A stretch of DNA of 64,000 bases, from the NCBI GenBank assembly GCA_963750165.1, contig CAVVPN010000003.1:3456001-3520000 (forward strand). The letters are read 5' to 3'. Under the pieces are notes generated by a model, which searched no databases, was not told the DNA's origin, and was given only the letters and a program-made list of their open reading frames with translations. This DNA is from an uncultured Gemmataceae bacterium (GTDB lineage Bacteria; Planctomycetota; Planctomycetia; Gemmatales; Gemmataceae). Shown one piece after another: positions 34,314 through 44,108 of this stretch (positions are counted from its first letter, which is position 1; the number at the start of each line of letters is the position of its first letter). The translations under genes and the position numbers were made by a program.

Positions 34314-35506
34314 ATGCAGTCCCCGACGCCCGGCCCCGGTTCCGCGTTCGACCGGCTGGTCGCACCGTGGCCGCTCCTGGTGGGGGTCGTGGCCGCCTTC
34401 CTGGCCTGCTGCCTCGCCGGACATCTGGCTGGCCGCCGCAACCACCACCGCCAGTTCCACCGCTTCCACATCCTGCTTTCGCCACAGACGCTGTATTACC
34501 CGACACCCTGCGAGGTCCGCGCCCTGGCCCGTGACCGGCTGGGCCGCGACAGGATCGTGGTCATCGTGGGTGGCAGTTCCATCACGGAGGGCTGCTGGCA
34601 GGCGCCCGCCGACCTGTGGACACTGCGGTTGCAAGCCCTGCTGGGCGACGAGTACCAGGTCATCAACCTTGGCTTCATGGGCGCCATGACGGCCGAGTTC
34701 GGGGCCACCGCCGCCGAGATGCTGACGCGCGACTACCCCCGGCTGATCCTCATCAGCGACCTGCCTCCGGGTTGGCTGGCTCCCGAGCCCGACGGCGATT
34801 CCCACAAATATTTCTTCTGGCACGCGCACGCCCGGGGCTGGCTGCTGCCCGGTTCGGAGCGCGACGCCTACCTGGCAGCGCGCGACCAGTCCGAGGCCGA
34901 CGCCCGGCGCGTGCAGGAATTGCAGGCCCAGGCCACCCTCGACCGCGGCCTGTCCTTCGAGGAACTGTGGCAGACGTTCGGTTACACGACCGCCTTTACC
35001 GTGTGGTCGCCGGTGCCGGTGGTCCACGCCCGGGCCTCCTTCGCGCAGCCGCGGCGCCGTTCCCCTGATCTGGACCAGGGCCCGCGGCCGGGCCACGTCT
35101 ACCGCCTCGCGGACCAGGGCGCGCAACTGGTTCGGATTCTGGACCCCTACCACCGCAACTCCGCGGCGGCCTGGGACGACTTCGAGCGCACGGCCCGGCG
35201 GTCCTTCCCCGAAGCGCTGCGGCGCGGACCCACCTGCTCGTGATCTGGCGAAGTCCGCCGTACCGCGCTCTGCTGAGCCCCGCGGACCAGGCGCTGCACG
35301 ACGCGGTCAGTACCGAGACCGTCCGCCGCCTGGAGCGGCTGGGCTTTTCGGCGCAGGAGATCGGCAGAGATTACACGACCGCCGACTACGCGGACCTCTG
35401 CCACCTGGTCGCCTCGGGTGGGGCGAAGATGGCTGCGGAGGTGGCGCCCCAGGTGCGGGCGCTGGCGCAGCGGCTCGGCTACACCGGCGCGGCGGCCGGG
35501 CACTGA
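34314..35506 (+). CDS. Membrane-anchored SGNH/DltD-like acyltransferase, paralog 1 (one frameshift near 35223)
   Basis: RBS GGAGGGAG, N-terminal TM, VIVGGSS block, VINLG and C-terminal DYADLCHL (DxxH). Frames were joined by comparison with the paralog. Confidence 0.7.
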
Positions 35507-35526
35507 GCCCCAGGAGGAGGAGCGAC

Positions 35527-36788
35527 ATGGACCATCCGCCGGCCCCGCACTGGTTCGACCACCTCATTGCGCCCCGCGTACTGCTGCTGGGCGTGGCCGT
35601 GGCCTTCCTGGCCTGCTGCCTCGCCGGACACCTGGCCGGCCGCCGCAACCACCACCGCGACTTCACGCGCTTTCACCAGTTGCTTTCGCCGGAGAGCCTG
35701 TACTATCCGACCGTCAACGAGGTGTGCGCCCTGGCCCGCAGCCGGCTGGACCCAAACCGGGTAGTCGTCATTGTCGGCGGCAGTTCCGTCCTGCACGGCA
35801 CCGGGCAGCCAGCCGCTCAGGTCTGGACGGATCGGTTGCAGGCTCGCCTGGGCGCCGGCTACCAGGTGCTCAACCTGGCCCAGCGGGCGGGCCGGTCGGC
35901 GGAGGTCGGGGCGGTGGTCGCGGAAATCCTCGCGCGCGACTACCCGAAGCTCATGCTCATCACCGACGCGCAGCCGGGCTGGTTGCACCCCGAGCCGGAC
36001 GGCCTGTACTTCAAGTATTTCTTCTGGAGCGCCCACTACCGTGGGCTGCTCCTGCCCGACGCCGCCCGCGACCAGCGGCTGTCCGAGACCGTGATGGACG
36101 CGGACCAGCTGGAACGGGAACTGGGCAAGGAAGCGGCCGGAAAACTGTGCATTTTGAGCGCGGCCCAGCAGGAACTGCGCACGGGGCGCGGCTGGACAGC
36201 GCCCTCGGCTTCACCGATTTGTGGACCGCCTTCGCTTACACGCGCTGCCACACCGCCTGGACGCCGCTGACGCGACATTCGTTCACGCGGCCGCGGCAGT
36301 CCTACCCGGACCCCGAGCTGATGCCGCCGCCGGTGCCGGAGCGGTACGCCCACGACAACGCCGGGCACCTGGCTCGGCTGCGCGAATTCTTCGGCGGCAA
36401 GTGCGTTCCGGACGGTGAGGGCCAGTGGGTGGAGAACCCGAAGTCGGTCAGCTGGGACTACCTGGAGCGGGCCGCGACCGCGTCCTTCCCCGAAGCGACG
36501 CGCGGCCGAACGTTGCTGCTCGTCCGCTGGGTCAGCCCTTACTACCTGCGGCAACTGGGCTCCGACGAGCAGGCCAGTTACGCCGCGGTGAGCCGGTCCA
36601 CGGTTCGCCACCTGGAGCAACTCGGCTTTGCGGCGCTGGAGTTCGGCGGGGACTACACGCCGGACGATTACGCGGATGCGGATCATCTGACGGTTTCGGG
36701 CGGTGGGAAGTTGGCGGCAGCGGTCGCCGCGCGCGTGCGAGAGCTGGCCCGGCGGCGCGGCTACGTTCACGAAGGAGAGACGCGATGA
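35527..36788 (+). CDS. Membrane-anchored SGNH/DltD-like acyltransferase, paralog 2 (one frameshift near 36185)
   Basis: RBS AGGAGG, VIVGGSS, VLNLA and DYADADHLT. Adding one G to the GGGG run gives ELRTGARLDSALGF, which aligns with paralog 1. Confidence 0.7.
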
Positions 36789-36904
36789 AGTACTGGCGTT
36801 GGCTGTGGTCGTTCCTGCTGGGCTGCTGTGTGGGCGTGGTGTTTCATTACGCCCTGTACCGCATGGGGCTGCCGGTACAGCCGTTCATTTACATGGCGTT
36901 TTGA
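36785..36904 (+). CDS. 39-aa DltX-like membrane microprotein (putative acyl shuttle)
   Basis: MKYWRWLWSFLLGCCVGVVFHYALYRMGLPVQPFIYMAF. RBS AAGGAG, ATGA overlap with the upstream stop, one TM helix and a terminal FIYxxF motif. Confidence 0.8.
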   Translation: MKYWRWLWSFLLGCCVGVVFHYALYRMGLPVQPFIYMAF

Positions 36905-36951
36905 CGGCTTGTTGAAGGGGCAATTATCCTGTTCGTGGCACATTTGACACG

Positions 36952-37000
36952 GAGCGTCAGCGACCGGAGGGACACAAAACCCCTCCGGTCGCTGACGCTC
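36952..37000. repeat. 20-bp-arm palindrome downstream of the MBOAT operon (repeat element or terminator)
   Basis: GAGCGTCAGCGACCGGAGGG...CCCTCCGGTCGCTGACGCTC. Confidence 0.7.
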
Positions 37001-37247
37001 TGGCTCGCCTTCCTGCGACTTTCGCGAAAATAAAGGAAGAAAATGGTTGCGTTCCGCTCCGGCCACCCCTAAGATATTTTTTGTTAAGGGCATGGATTTC
37101 CACGCTGTCTTCGACGGGTAAGGATGCACGGTCGCATTTGCAACACCACACAACCCAAATGAGCGCGTGAGCGACTGAGTGTCAGTCGCGGTGTCGTAAT
37201 TGACTTCGGCCGGAGGGCCGAAGGGGATTGAACAAGGAGCTTCGGTC

Positions 37248-37466
37248 ATGCCAGCCACTATGCCGGAAAGTCCGCGGACGGTCCAGGCCCTGTTGCGGAA
37301 TGCACACCCCGCCCTGCGGCGCCTGTCGGTTGAGGAAACCGAGGAAGCCATCGTCATCAGCGGCCGGGTTGGCAGTTACTACCTGAAGCAGCTGGCCCAG
37401 GAAGTGGTCCGGCCGGTGCGCGGCGTCCGCCAACTCGTCAACTGTGTGACCGTGGCGCACGACTGA
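37248..37466 (+). CDS. Small BON-domain protein (planctomycete type)
   Basis: LRRLSVEE...ISGRVGSYYLKQLAQE...VNCVTV; RBS AAGGAG. Confidence 0.8.
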   Translation: MPATMPESPRTVQALLRNAHPALRRLSVEETEEAIVISGRVGSYYLKQLAQEVVRPVRGVRQLVNCVTVAHD

Positions 37467-37657
37467 GCCGTTCCCTGATGCGAATCACCTTCGGCCATCC
37501 GGCAGCGGATGGCCGTTGCCGTTTTCTAACCTGCTCAAAGCATGATCGATTCTTGTAGTGCAAATCATGCGTGCCAGCACCTGGCGTGCTGCCTACCCGC
37601 GCAACAATTTTGCCCACGAAGCGTGCAGCCCTGCGAACGCCGGGCAACGAATCGTGA

Positions 37658-37888
37658 ATCATCAGCTGCGGCATCCGGCCGAACGCGGAACTGGCGAAAA
37701 GCGCCGGCCTGGCGGTGAACCGGGCCATCGTGGTCGATGACCAGCTGCGCACCTCCGACCCGAATGTCTTCGCGCTGGGCGAGTGTGTCGAGCACCGCGG
37801 CAAGATTTACGGCCTGACCGGCACGAACCCGCACGCCCGCTACGAGGGTTCGCGGCCGGCGGCGACGCTGAAGGTCATGGGTGTCAAG
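37658..37888 (+). pseudogene. Internal fragment of an NADH-dependent nitrite reductase large subunit (NirB-like)
   Basis: GIRPNAELAKSAGLAVNRAIVVDDQLRTSDPNVFALGECVEHRGKIYGL...YEGS...TLKVMGV. Both ends are missing. Confidence 0.7.
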
Positions 37889-37950
37889 CGGCCGAGACGC
37901 CGGCGCTGGGCGAGCCAGCCCCCGCGCCGAGCCGGCGCAGTAAGAGCGCG

Positions 37951-38394
37951 TCAGGCGGCCAGTTTTTTATCCACCCCCGCCCACATGTCGTTGACGATGC
38001 GCTGGGCCGCGGCGCGGATCAACCCCGACGGCACCGCCTTGAGCAGGCCGCCCAGCCGCGACACCGTTGCGACCCAGTGCAGGACGCTGCCCTCATCCCG
38101 CGGTGTGAGCGTCATGGCGATTTCCACGGTGCTGCTGCTGGCGATGCCCTTGCTTTCGACCGCCACGCGGACGGACTGGTCCGGCACTTTTTCGAGCATC
38201 TGGGCACTCAGTTCCAGGCTGCCGCGCACGAACGAGAAGCCGGGCCGGACCACGCAGGCCGCGTGGTCCGCCTCGGCCACCGTCACCTTTTCGAGGTCGG
38301 GAATGCACTCGACGAGGAAGGCCGCGTCGCTCAGTTTCGCCCAGACGGTGGCCGGCCGTTGCGGAAACGTTTTGTCGCCCTCGAACTGGAGCAT
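37951..38394 (-). CDS. CoxG/SRPBCC-family protein
   Basis: VWAKLSDAAFLVECIP N-terminal motif and GGLLKAVPSGLI C-terminal helix; 147 aa. Confidence 0.8.
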   Translation of the reverse strand: MLQFEGDKTFPQRPATVWAKLSDAAFLVECIPDLEKVTVAEADHAACVVRPGFSFVRGSLELSAQMLEKVPDQSVRVAVESKGIASSSTVEIAMTLTPRDEGSVLHWVATVSRLGGLLKAVPSGLIRAAAQRIVNDMWAGVDKKLAA

Positions 38395-38477
38395 GACGCG
38401 CGCCCCTGGTCAGAGAAAGATGGTGCCGTTGGCGGCCTATCTTGTTCATACCAGGCTCGCCGAGGATTTCCACAGGT

Positions 38478-38825
38478 TCAGGTCGGTTCCCCCGACATCG
38501 AAGTCCGGCCATGTTGGTCGTTGAGCCGGCCGATGGTATGTTCGAGGACGCGGCGGAGCTTGTCCACCGCCCCGCGGGTCGCCTCGTCCAGGTTGGCGGC
38601 GCGGTGCTCGACGGCGACTGGGGTGTGCCCGGCCAGGTGTGCCTCAATGGCACAGCGTGTGTCGATTCCGCCCTTGGGGCCGTTGGTGTCCTGCAGGTAC
38701 ACCTCGACGCGTCGCAGCCGGTTGGTGAACCGTCGCGTGACGGTCCCTTCAACCTCCGCCCGGACGCGCTCGGCCAGGGCTTCGCTGTTCTTGATGTGGT
38801 TGTCAGTGCGGATTTGGAATTGCAT
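38478..38825 (-). CDS. HPF/RaiA-family ribosome-associated protein
   Basis: MQFQIRTDNHI...RVEVYLQDTNGPKGGIDTRCAIEA...AVDKLRRVL; RBS AAAGGAGG. Confidence 0.85.
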   Translation of the reverse strand: MQFQIRTDNHIKNSEALAERVRAEVEGTVTRRFTNRLRRVEVYLQDTNGPKGGIDTRCAIEAHLAGHTPVAVEHRAANLDEATRGAVDKLRRVLEHTIGRLNDQHGRTSMSGEPT

Positions 38826-39679
38826 GGCGTGTCCTCCTTTGGGCTGAGGAGATTCGGGGCAATTCACGTGCCGAACCCGGGGCCGAGTCCGCCCCGGGAC
38901 GTTGCACCAGCCACCGCCGATCCGCCTCGGCAACTTCGCGGCGCGGCCAGCAGGCCCGGCGGAGCGCGGGCAGCACCTGGCTCGGGTCGGCCCCGAGCAG
39001 CCCAGCGCACCACACAGGGTTGAACTCCACGACCGCCCAGCCGCGCTCCTCGATCATCCCGACATCGACGACGAAGGCCGGCGGCAACGCCAGCCCCGCC
39101 TGTGCCAGCAGCCGCTTGCACAGCGCGAACACCGGGCTGTTCGGGGCCAGCCCGCCGCGGGTCTCGTCAAAGGGTTTCCACGACGGGCGGCCGAAACTCA
39201 GGTACGGTGAGGTGGCGACGACCTGCCCTTCCAGGACGAAGCAACGGAACTCGCTCGTCCAGTGGACCGGCTCCGCGACCAGGACCGGGGTGTCGCCGGG
39301 GACGCGCTCGGCGAAGCGGATGTCACGGGCCGCGCTGTAGACGCCGGCGTCGAAAGCCTTGTTGAGAGCGTCAGCCGGTTTGATGAAACTCGGCGTTTTC
39401 AGCCGGTGCAGGTCAGCGAAGGTGCAGGCGGCGACGGGGCGTTGCAGAAAAGTCGCGGGCAGTTTGGCGAGCAGGTCGAGCGGCGGCTCGATCAGGGCCA
39501 GGTCCAGCTGCCGGGCGATTGCCAGGGCGGTGTCACTGCCGCCGTAATAGATGACCTCCTCACCGGATTGCGGGCTGGGCGGCTCGCCCCAGGCACACGC
39601 CCGCCAGCCGACGCGGCGCCGCCCCGGCCAGGGCGTGTGCCGCGGGCAAGGACCAGGCGGACAGCAGGAGCGTCGTCAC
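38803..39679 (-). CDS. ATP-grasp domain protein (DUF4343/R2K-like), one frameshift near 39615
   Basis: The reconstructed frame reads YYGG...FIKPADALNKAFDAGVY...VLVAEPVHWTSEFRCFVLEGQV...FVVDVG...WAVVEFNPVWCAGL. GTG start lies just after the macro gene stop; the 3' end is uncertain. Confidence 0.7.
38858..38873 (-). promoter_or_regulatory. Candidate sigma54 promoter of the HPF gene
   Basis: Minus strand CGGCACGTGAATTGCC matches GGCACG-N4-TTGC, about 35 nt upstream of the ATG. Confidence 0.6.
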
Positions 39680-39686
39680 GTTCACC

Positions 39687-40388
39687 TCACGAGGAAGGTT
39701 TATCGGGCTTTGCCCAGGTAATCTCCCGACCCCCGCGCAGGGCGAAGGGCGCCAGGGCCGGGTGCGTGACCGCGCGCCAACCGCCCTGGACCACATTGTC
39801 ATAAGCCGCCCGCATCTGCCGCGCCGCCTCCGCGAAGGCCATGCCGCCCACCCCCGTCCCCAGGCCGGGCACCGCCAGCGTGCGGATGCCGCGGCCGACG
39901 CCGGCTTTGTGCCGCAGCACCGCCACCAGCGCCGCCCGCAGCGCCAGGTAGGCGTTGAGCGAACCGGCCACGTTGCCCGGCACGCGCATGGTCGGCGCCG
40001 CGACCAGGTACGGAAAGCGCCGCCCCGCCATCGGCAGGACCAGCGCCGCGCCCACGGGGAGTTCGCCGAGGAATTGCTCCGCGATGGCCGCCATCACGGC
40101 CCGCTGGGCGGCCCCGTGAAAGAAGTCGTCGATGCACTTGTCGATGCCGCCGCCCATGTCGCCGAAGCTGTTGGCCGGGCTCACCAGCGCGTCGCACTCC
40201 AGGTCGAGCAGGTTGCCGTGAAGCACTTCCACGGCGTCCGCCTCCCGAAAGGCTGAGGCCAGTTCCACGGCCAGGTCCGCGTTGCTGTCGCACAGGCTCA
40301 GACGAAGGGCGGCAGCGGTGCCGGGCCCGAACGGCTTCAGGACTTTCACGTGCCAGCGCCTCAATTTGGCCAGGAATTTGGCGAGCAT
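39687..40388 (-). CDS. Macro-domain (ADP-ribose binding/processing) protein
   Basis: DALVSPANSFGDMGGGID, APTMRVP and PGLGTGVG. Confidence 0.9.
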   Translation of the reverse strand: MLAKFLAKLRRWHVKVLKPFGPGTAAALRLSLCDSNADLAVELASAFREADAVEVLHGNLLDLECDALVSPANSFGDMGGGIDKCIDDFFHGAAQRAVMAAIAEQFLGELPVGAALVLPMAGRRFPYLVAAPTMRVPGNVAGSLNAYLALRAALVAVLRHKAGVGRGIRTLAVPGLGTGVGGMAFAEAARQMRAAYDNVVQGGWRAVTHPALAPFALRGGREITWAKPDKPSS

Positions 40389-40395
40389 GGTATTC

Positions 40396-40452
40396 CGTAG
40401 TGCGGGCGGCCCGCCTGCACGGCCATTGTGCAGGCGGGCCGCCCGCACTACG
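40396..40452. repeat. GTAG-type REP doublet, family D, overlapping the meaB stop codon
   Basis: CGTAGTGCGGGCGGCCCGCCTGCAC...GTGCAGGCGGGCCGCCCGCACTACG. Confidence 0.85.
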
Positions 40453-41347
40453 ACCTGAGTAGCGTTTGGAACAACTCCGACACCACCTGGCCGTCATTCA
40501 ACTCGCCGCGCTGCCACCGCCCCACCAGCGCCGCCACCGCCGGCCCGCGGCGGCCGAAGCGCTCCGCCAGTTCCTCCTGCGCCAGCCGGAGCAGCGCCGC
40601 CGTGTTCTGCGCTTGCCGCCGCCGGGACGGCAGTTCGCGCACCAGCCGCGCCAACTCCTGCACGCCCTGGTTTTTCTGCGAACTGACGCGCACGATGGGC
40701 ACGGGCCGGCAGCCCGGCAGGTGCAGCAGCGCCTGCAACTGCGCCTCGACGCGATCCGCCCCGGGCAGGTCCGCCTTGTGGACGACGACCACGTCCGCGA
40801 CCTCCAACACGCCCGCCTTCTCCCACTGCAGGTCGTCGCCCGCCTCCGGTTGCACCAGCAGCACGACCACATCCGCCAGGTCGCGCACCGCCACGTCGCC
40901 CTGCCCCGCCCCGACCGTCTCGATCAGGATCAGGTCGAACCCGAAGGCGTCCAGTAACCGCACCAGCAGCGGCAGGTGCTCGGCCACGGCGCCGCGGCCG
41001 GACAGCGCCGCCAGGCTGCGGATGAAAACGCCGTCGTCGTCCGGCCGGCTCGGCATGCGGAAGCGGTCGCCGAGCAGCGCCCCGCCAGACAGTGGACTCT
41101 GCGGGTCGCACGCCAGCACTGCGACCGTGGTCCCGTCCGCACGCAGCACCTCGATCAGCTTGCCGATCAACGTGCTCTTACCGACGCCGCCGCTGCCGGT
41201 GACCGCGACGACCCGGCCGCGCGGCGGTCGCTCACCCAGGGCTGCGGCGATCTCCGCGGTCGCCTCCCCGCGCGCCGCCAGGCTGAGCAGGCGCGACAGG
41301 GCGCGGCGGTCGCCGTGGCGGAAGCGGTCGAGCAGATCAGTCAGCAT
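40448..41347 (-). CDS. meaB: MeaB/ArgK GTPase, chaperone of B12-dependent mutases
   Basis: TGSGGVGKSTL, DPQSPLSGGALLGDRFRM, FIRS, ETVGAGQ, GDDLQWEKAG; located in the mutase operon. Confidence 0.9.
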   Translation of the reverse strand: MLTDLLDRFRHGDRRALSRLLSLAARGEATAEIAAALGERPPRGRVVAVTGSGGVGKSTLIGKLIEVLRADGTTVAVLACDPQSPLSGGALLGDRFRMPSRPDDDGVFIRSLAALSGRGAVAEHLPLLVRLLDAFGFDLILIETVGAGQGDVAVRDLADVVVLLVQPEAGDDLQWEKAGVLEVADVVVVHKADLPGADRVEAQLQALLHLPGCRPVPIVRVSSQKNQGVQELARLVRELPSRRRQAQNTAALLRLAQEELAERFGRRGPAVAALVGRWQRGELNDGQVVSELFQTLLRS

Positions 41348-41756
41348 GGCCGGACCTCTCCGGGGCAGCCTGCCGCAGGAAATCGACGATCTCCTGCATG
41401 GTGGTGCCGGGGCCGAAGACGCGGGCGACGCCCAGTTCCAGGAGCTTCGGCACGTCCGCCTCGGGGATGATGCCGCCGACGAGCAGGCCGACGTTGTCGA
41501 GGCCGGCGTCGCGCAGCAGTTGGAGGACGCGCGGCACCAGGGTCAGATGGGCGCCGCTGAGGATGCTGAGGCCGAGCCAGTCGGCGTCCTCGTCGGCGAC
41601 GGTGCGCACGACCGCCTCGGGCGTCTGCCAGAGGCCGGCGTAGATGACGTGACAGCCGGCGTCGCGCAGCGCCCGCGCCACGACCTTGATGCCGCGGTCG
41701 TGGCCGTCGAGGCCGACCTTGGCGAGGACCACACGCAGGGGGGCCGGGTTGGACAT
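41337..41756 (-). CDS. Cobalamin-binding small subunit of acyl-CoA mutase
   Basis: AKVGLDGHDRG (DxHxxG), GLSILSGAH and GGII. Confidence 0.95.
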   Translation of the reverse strand: MSNPAPLRVVLAKVGLDGHDRGIKVVARALRDAGCHVIYAGLWQTPEAVVRTVADEDADWLGLSILSGAHLTLVPRVLQLLRDAGLDNVGLLVGGIIPEADVPKLLELGVARVFGPGTTMQEIVDFLRQAAPERSGHAD

Positions 41757-41767
41757 CGGTTCCTCGC

Positions 41768-42130
41768 TCAGCGCCAGTTGTTGAGGATGGCCACCTGGTC
41801 GGTCATGACGAATCTGGATCGCTCCAGGTTCCCGACGGCGGCTACAATATGCTTGGGTCTCATGTTATGTTTCGGGTCATCGTCATACCGCACAATCATC
41901 ATGCCCGGGTGACTGCCACCGGAGGCGTGGATGAGTAAATCCAGGTCTTCAAAATCCTCATGGTCACCGGTCAGCACGATCAACCCCTGGCGGACGGCAT
42001 GTTCCAGGTGCCGCGGGTCCGACGCGCCGCCGAGTCCCACATCTCGTGGAAGGACCACGTCATGATCAGCCTTTTTCAGCATCCCCACGAGGGTCGGGTC
42101 TGCAAGGTTATCGTCCAGGTAAATCTTCAT
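41768..42130 (-). CDS. DUF5615 PIN-like protein (putative toxin)
   Basis: MKIYLDDNL...HDV...GASD...VLTGDHEDF...HPG; its start overlaps the DUF433 gene stop. Confidence 0.8.
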   Translation of the reverse strand: MKIYLDDNLADPTLVGMLKKADHDVVLPRDVGLGGASDPRHLEHAVRQGLIVLTGDHEDFEDLDLLIHASGGSHPGMMIVRYDDDPKHNMRPKHIVAAVGNLERSRFVMTDQVAILNNWR

Positions 42131-42438
42131 GACCCCTCGGCGCGATAATCGGGCGGGGCAAAGGGTGGCTTATCCAGTCCCCTGCGGCGAATCCCCTCCT
42201 CTTCCCGTTCGTAATCCGCATGCACCACGTCCTTGTGGTTCAAGCAGTAATGAATCGCCTCCTGGACTGCTTCCAGTGGGATTTCATAATCCCTCGCCAC
42301 TTCCTCGGGAGTACGCGCATCTTCCCCAACCGTCTGACTGTAAATGATGATCGCCCGAATCTTTCGACCCTTGATGAACAGCTGCCGGTAGTTGGAACCG
42401 GGCCGCGCTTCCAGAAACTTGTAACCGTGGTCACACAT
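42127..42438 (-). CDS. DUF433-like protein (putative antitoxin)
   Basis: IKGRKIRA...TPEEVARDYEIPLEAVQEAIHY; RBS GGAGG. Confidence 0.75.
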   Translation of the reverse strand: MCDHGYKFLEARPGSNYRQLFIKGRKIRAIIIYSQTVGEDARTPEEVARDYEIPLEAVQEAIHYCLNHKDVVHADYEREEEGIRRRGLDKPPFAPPDYRAEGS

Positions 42439-42449
42439 GTTGCACCTCC

Positions 42450-44102
42450 CTACCACTTGGCTGCCCCGTCGTAGCGCCCGAACACGTCCGCCAGCGCCCG
42501 CATGATCTCGCCCACCGTACAGCGTGCCTCCGCCGCCTCGATCATCACCGGCATCAGATTCTCCGTCGTCGCCGCCACCCGACGAACCTCTTGCAGCGTC
42601 CGCTCTACTGCCTGAGCGTTGCGCGGCTTTTTGATGCGTGCCAGCGACGCCAGTTGCTCCTTCTCCACGGCGTCGTCGATCACCAGCGTTTCGATCGGCT
42701 TCTGCTCCGCCTCGGTGAAGGCGTTGACGCCGACGATCAGCTTGCGTTTGGAGTCCACGTCGCGCTGGTAAGCGAAGGCGGCGTCAGCGATTTCGCGGCG
42801 GAAGAAGCCCGTCTCCAGCGCCGCGATCATGCCGCCCAGTTGTTCAATGCGCTCGAAATAGGTGCGGGCCTGCTGCTGCATCTGTTTCGTCAGAGTTTCG
42901 ACAAAATAACTACCGCCGAGCGGGTCCACGGTGTTGGTCACGCCGGTTTCGTAAGCGAGTACCTGCTGCGTCCGCAGCGCCAGCGTGACCGCGTGCTCCG
43001 ACGGCAGCGCCAGCGTTTCATCCATGCTGTTGGTGTGCAGCGATTGACAACCGCCCAGTACCGCCGCCAGCGCCTGGTACGCCACGCGCATCAAGTTAAC
43101 TTCCGGCTGCTTATCCTGCAGCGAACAGCCCGCCGTCTGCGCGTGGAAGCGCAACTTCCAGGAGTTCTCCTTCAGCGCTCCGTACTTATTACGCAGCGTG
43201 TCCGCCCACAGCACCCGCGCCGCCCGGTACTTGGCGATCTCCTCGAAAATATCATTGTGGGCGTTGAAGAAGAAACTGAGCCGTGGCGCAAAGCGATCAA
43301 TGTTCATGCCGCGGGCCAGACAGGTTTCCACATAATGGAAACCGTCCGCCAGCGTGAACGCCAGTTCCTGCACAGCAGTCGAACCGGCCTCGCGGATGTG
43401 ATAGCCGCTGATGCTGACGCTGTTCCACTGTGGCACCTGCTCGGCGCAAAACTCGATCACGTCGCACACCAACCGCACGTGCGGCTCCGGCGGAAACACA
43501 AACTCGTTCTGCGCGTGGAACTCCTTCAAAATATCATTCTGGAGGGTGCCGCGCAGCTGCCGCCAGTCGATACCGCGGTCGCGGGCGTTGGCCAGGTAGA
43601 ACGCCATCACGATGATGGCCGGCGCGTTAATCGTCATGGACACCGACACCTCGGCCAGTTCGATGCCGCCGAACAGCACCGCCATGTCGTCAAGCGTATC
43701 GACCGCGACGCCGAGCCGGCCGACTTCGCCGAGCGCGAGTGGATCGTCGCTGTCCAGGCCCATGAGCGTCGGCAGGTCGAACGCGGTGCTCAGGCCGGTT
43801 TGGCCCTTCGAGAGCAGGAACTTGAAGCGCTCGTTGGTCTGCCGGGCGGTGCCGAAGCCGGCGAACTGGCGCATCGTCCAGAGACGGCTGCGGTACATCG
43901 AGGCGTGGACGCCGCGCGTGAACGGGTATTGGCCGGGGTAGCCGAGGTCGGCGTCGGGGTCGAAGCCGTTGAGGCTATCGGGCGTGTACAGCGCGTCGAT
44001 GGGCACGCCGCTCACGGTGGTCGGCGGTTGCTCGCGCACGGGCGCGGCGGCGTTTTCCTTCTCCCAGCGCTCGGCGGCGGTGCGGTCGGTGACGGTGGCC
44101 AT
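42450..44102 (-). CDS. Acyl-CoA mutase large (substrate-binding) subunit, methylmalonyl-CoA mutase family, isobutyryl-CoA-mutase-like residues
   Basis: PGQYPFTRG, WTMRQFAGFG, GLSTAFDLPT, QNDILKE, ISGYHIREAG, AKYRAAR and SLHTNSMDE. No fused B12 domain. Confidence 0.95.
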   Translation of the reverse strand: MATVTDRTAAERWEKENAAAPVREQPPTTVSGVPIDALYTPDSLNGFDPDADLGYPGQYPFTRGVHASMYRSRLWTMRQFAGFGTARQTNERFKFLLSKGQTGLSTAFDLPTLMGLDSDDPLALGEVGRLGVAVDTLDDMAVLFGGIELAEVSVSMTINAPAIIVMAFYLANARDRGIDWRQLRGTLQNDILKEFHAQNEFVFPPEPHVRLVCDVIEFCAEQVPQWNSVSISGYHIREAGSTAVQELAFTLADGFHYVETCLARGMNIDRFAPRLSFFFNAHNDIFEEIAKYRAARVLWADTLRNKYGALKENSWKLRFHAQTAGCSLQDKQPEVNLMRVAYQALAAVLGGCQSLHTNSMDETLALPSEHAVTLALRTQQVLAYETGVTNTVDPLGGSYFVETLTKQMQQQARTYFERIEQLGGMIAALETGFFRREIADAAFAYQRDVDSKRKLIVGVNAFTEAEQKPIETLVIDDAVEKEQLASLARIKKPRNAQAVERTLQEVRRVAATTENLMPVMIEAAEARCTVGEIMRALADVFGRYDGAAKW

Positions 44103-44108
44103 GATTCG

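Noticed and set aside
37951..38394. CO dehydrogenase locus
   Set aside because: Only a lone CoxG/SRPBCC gene; no coxLMS in the window.
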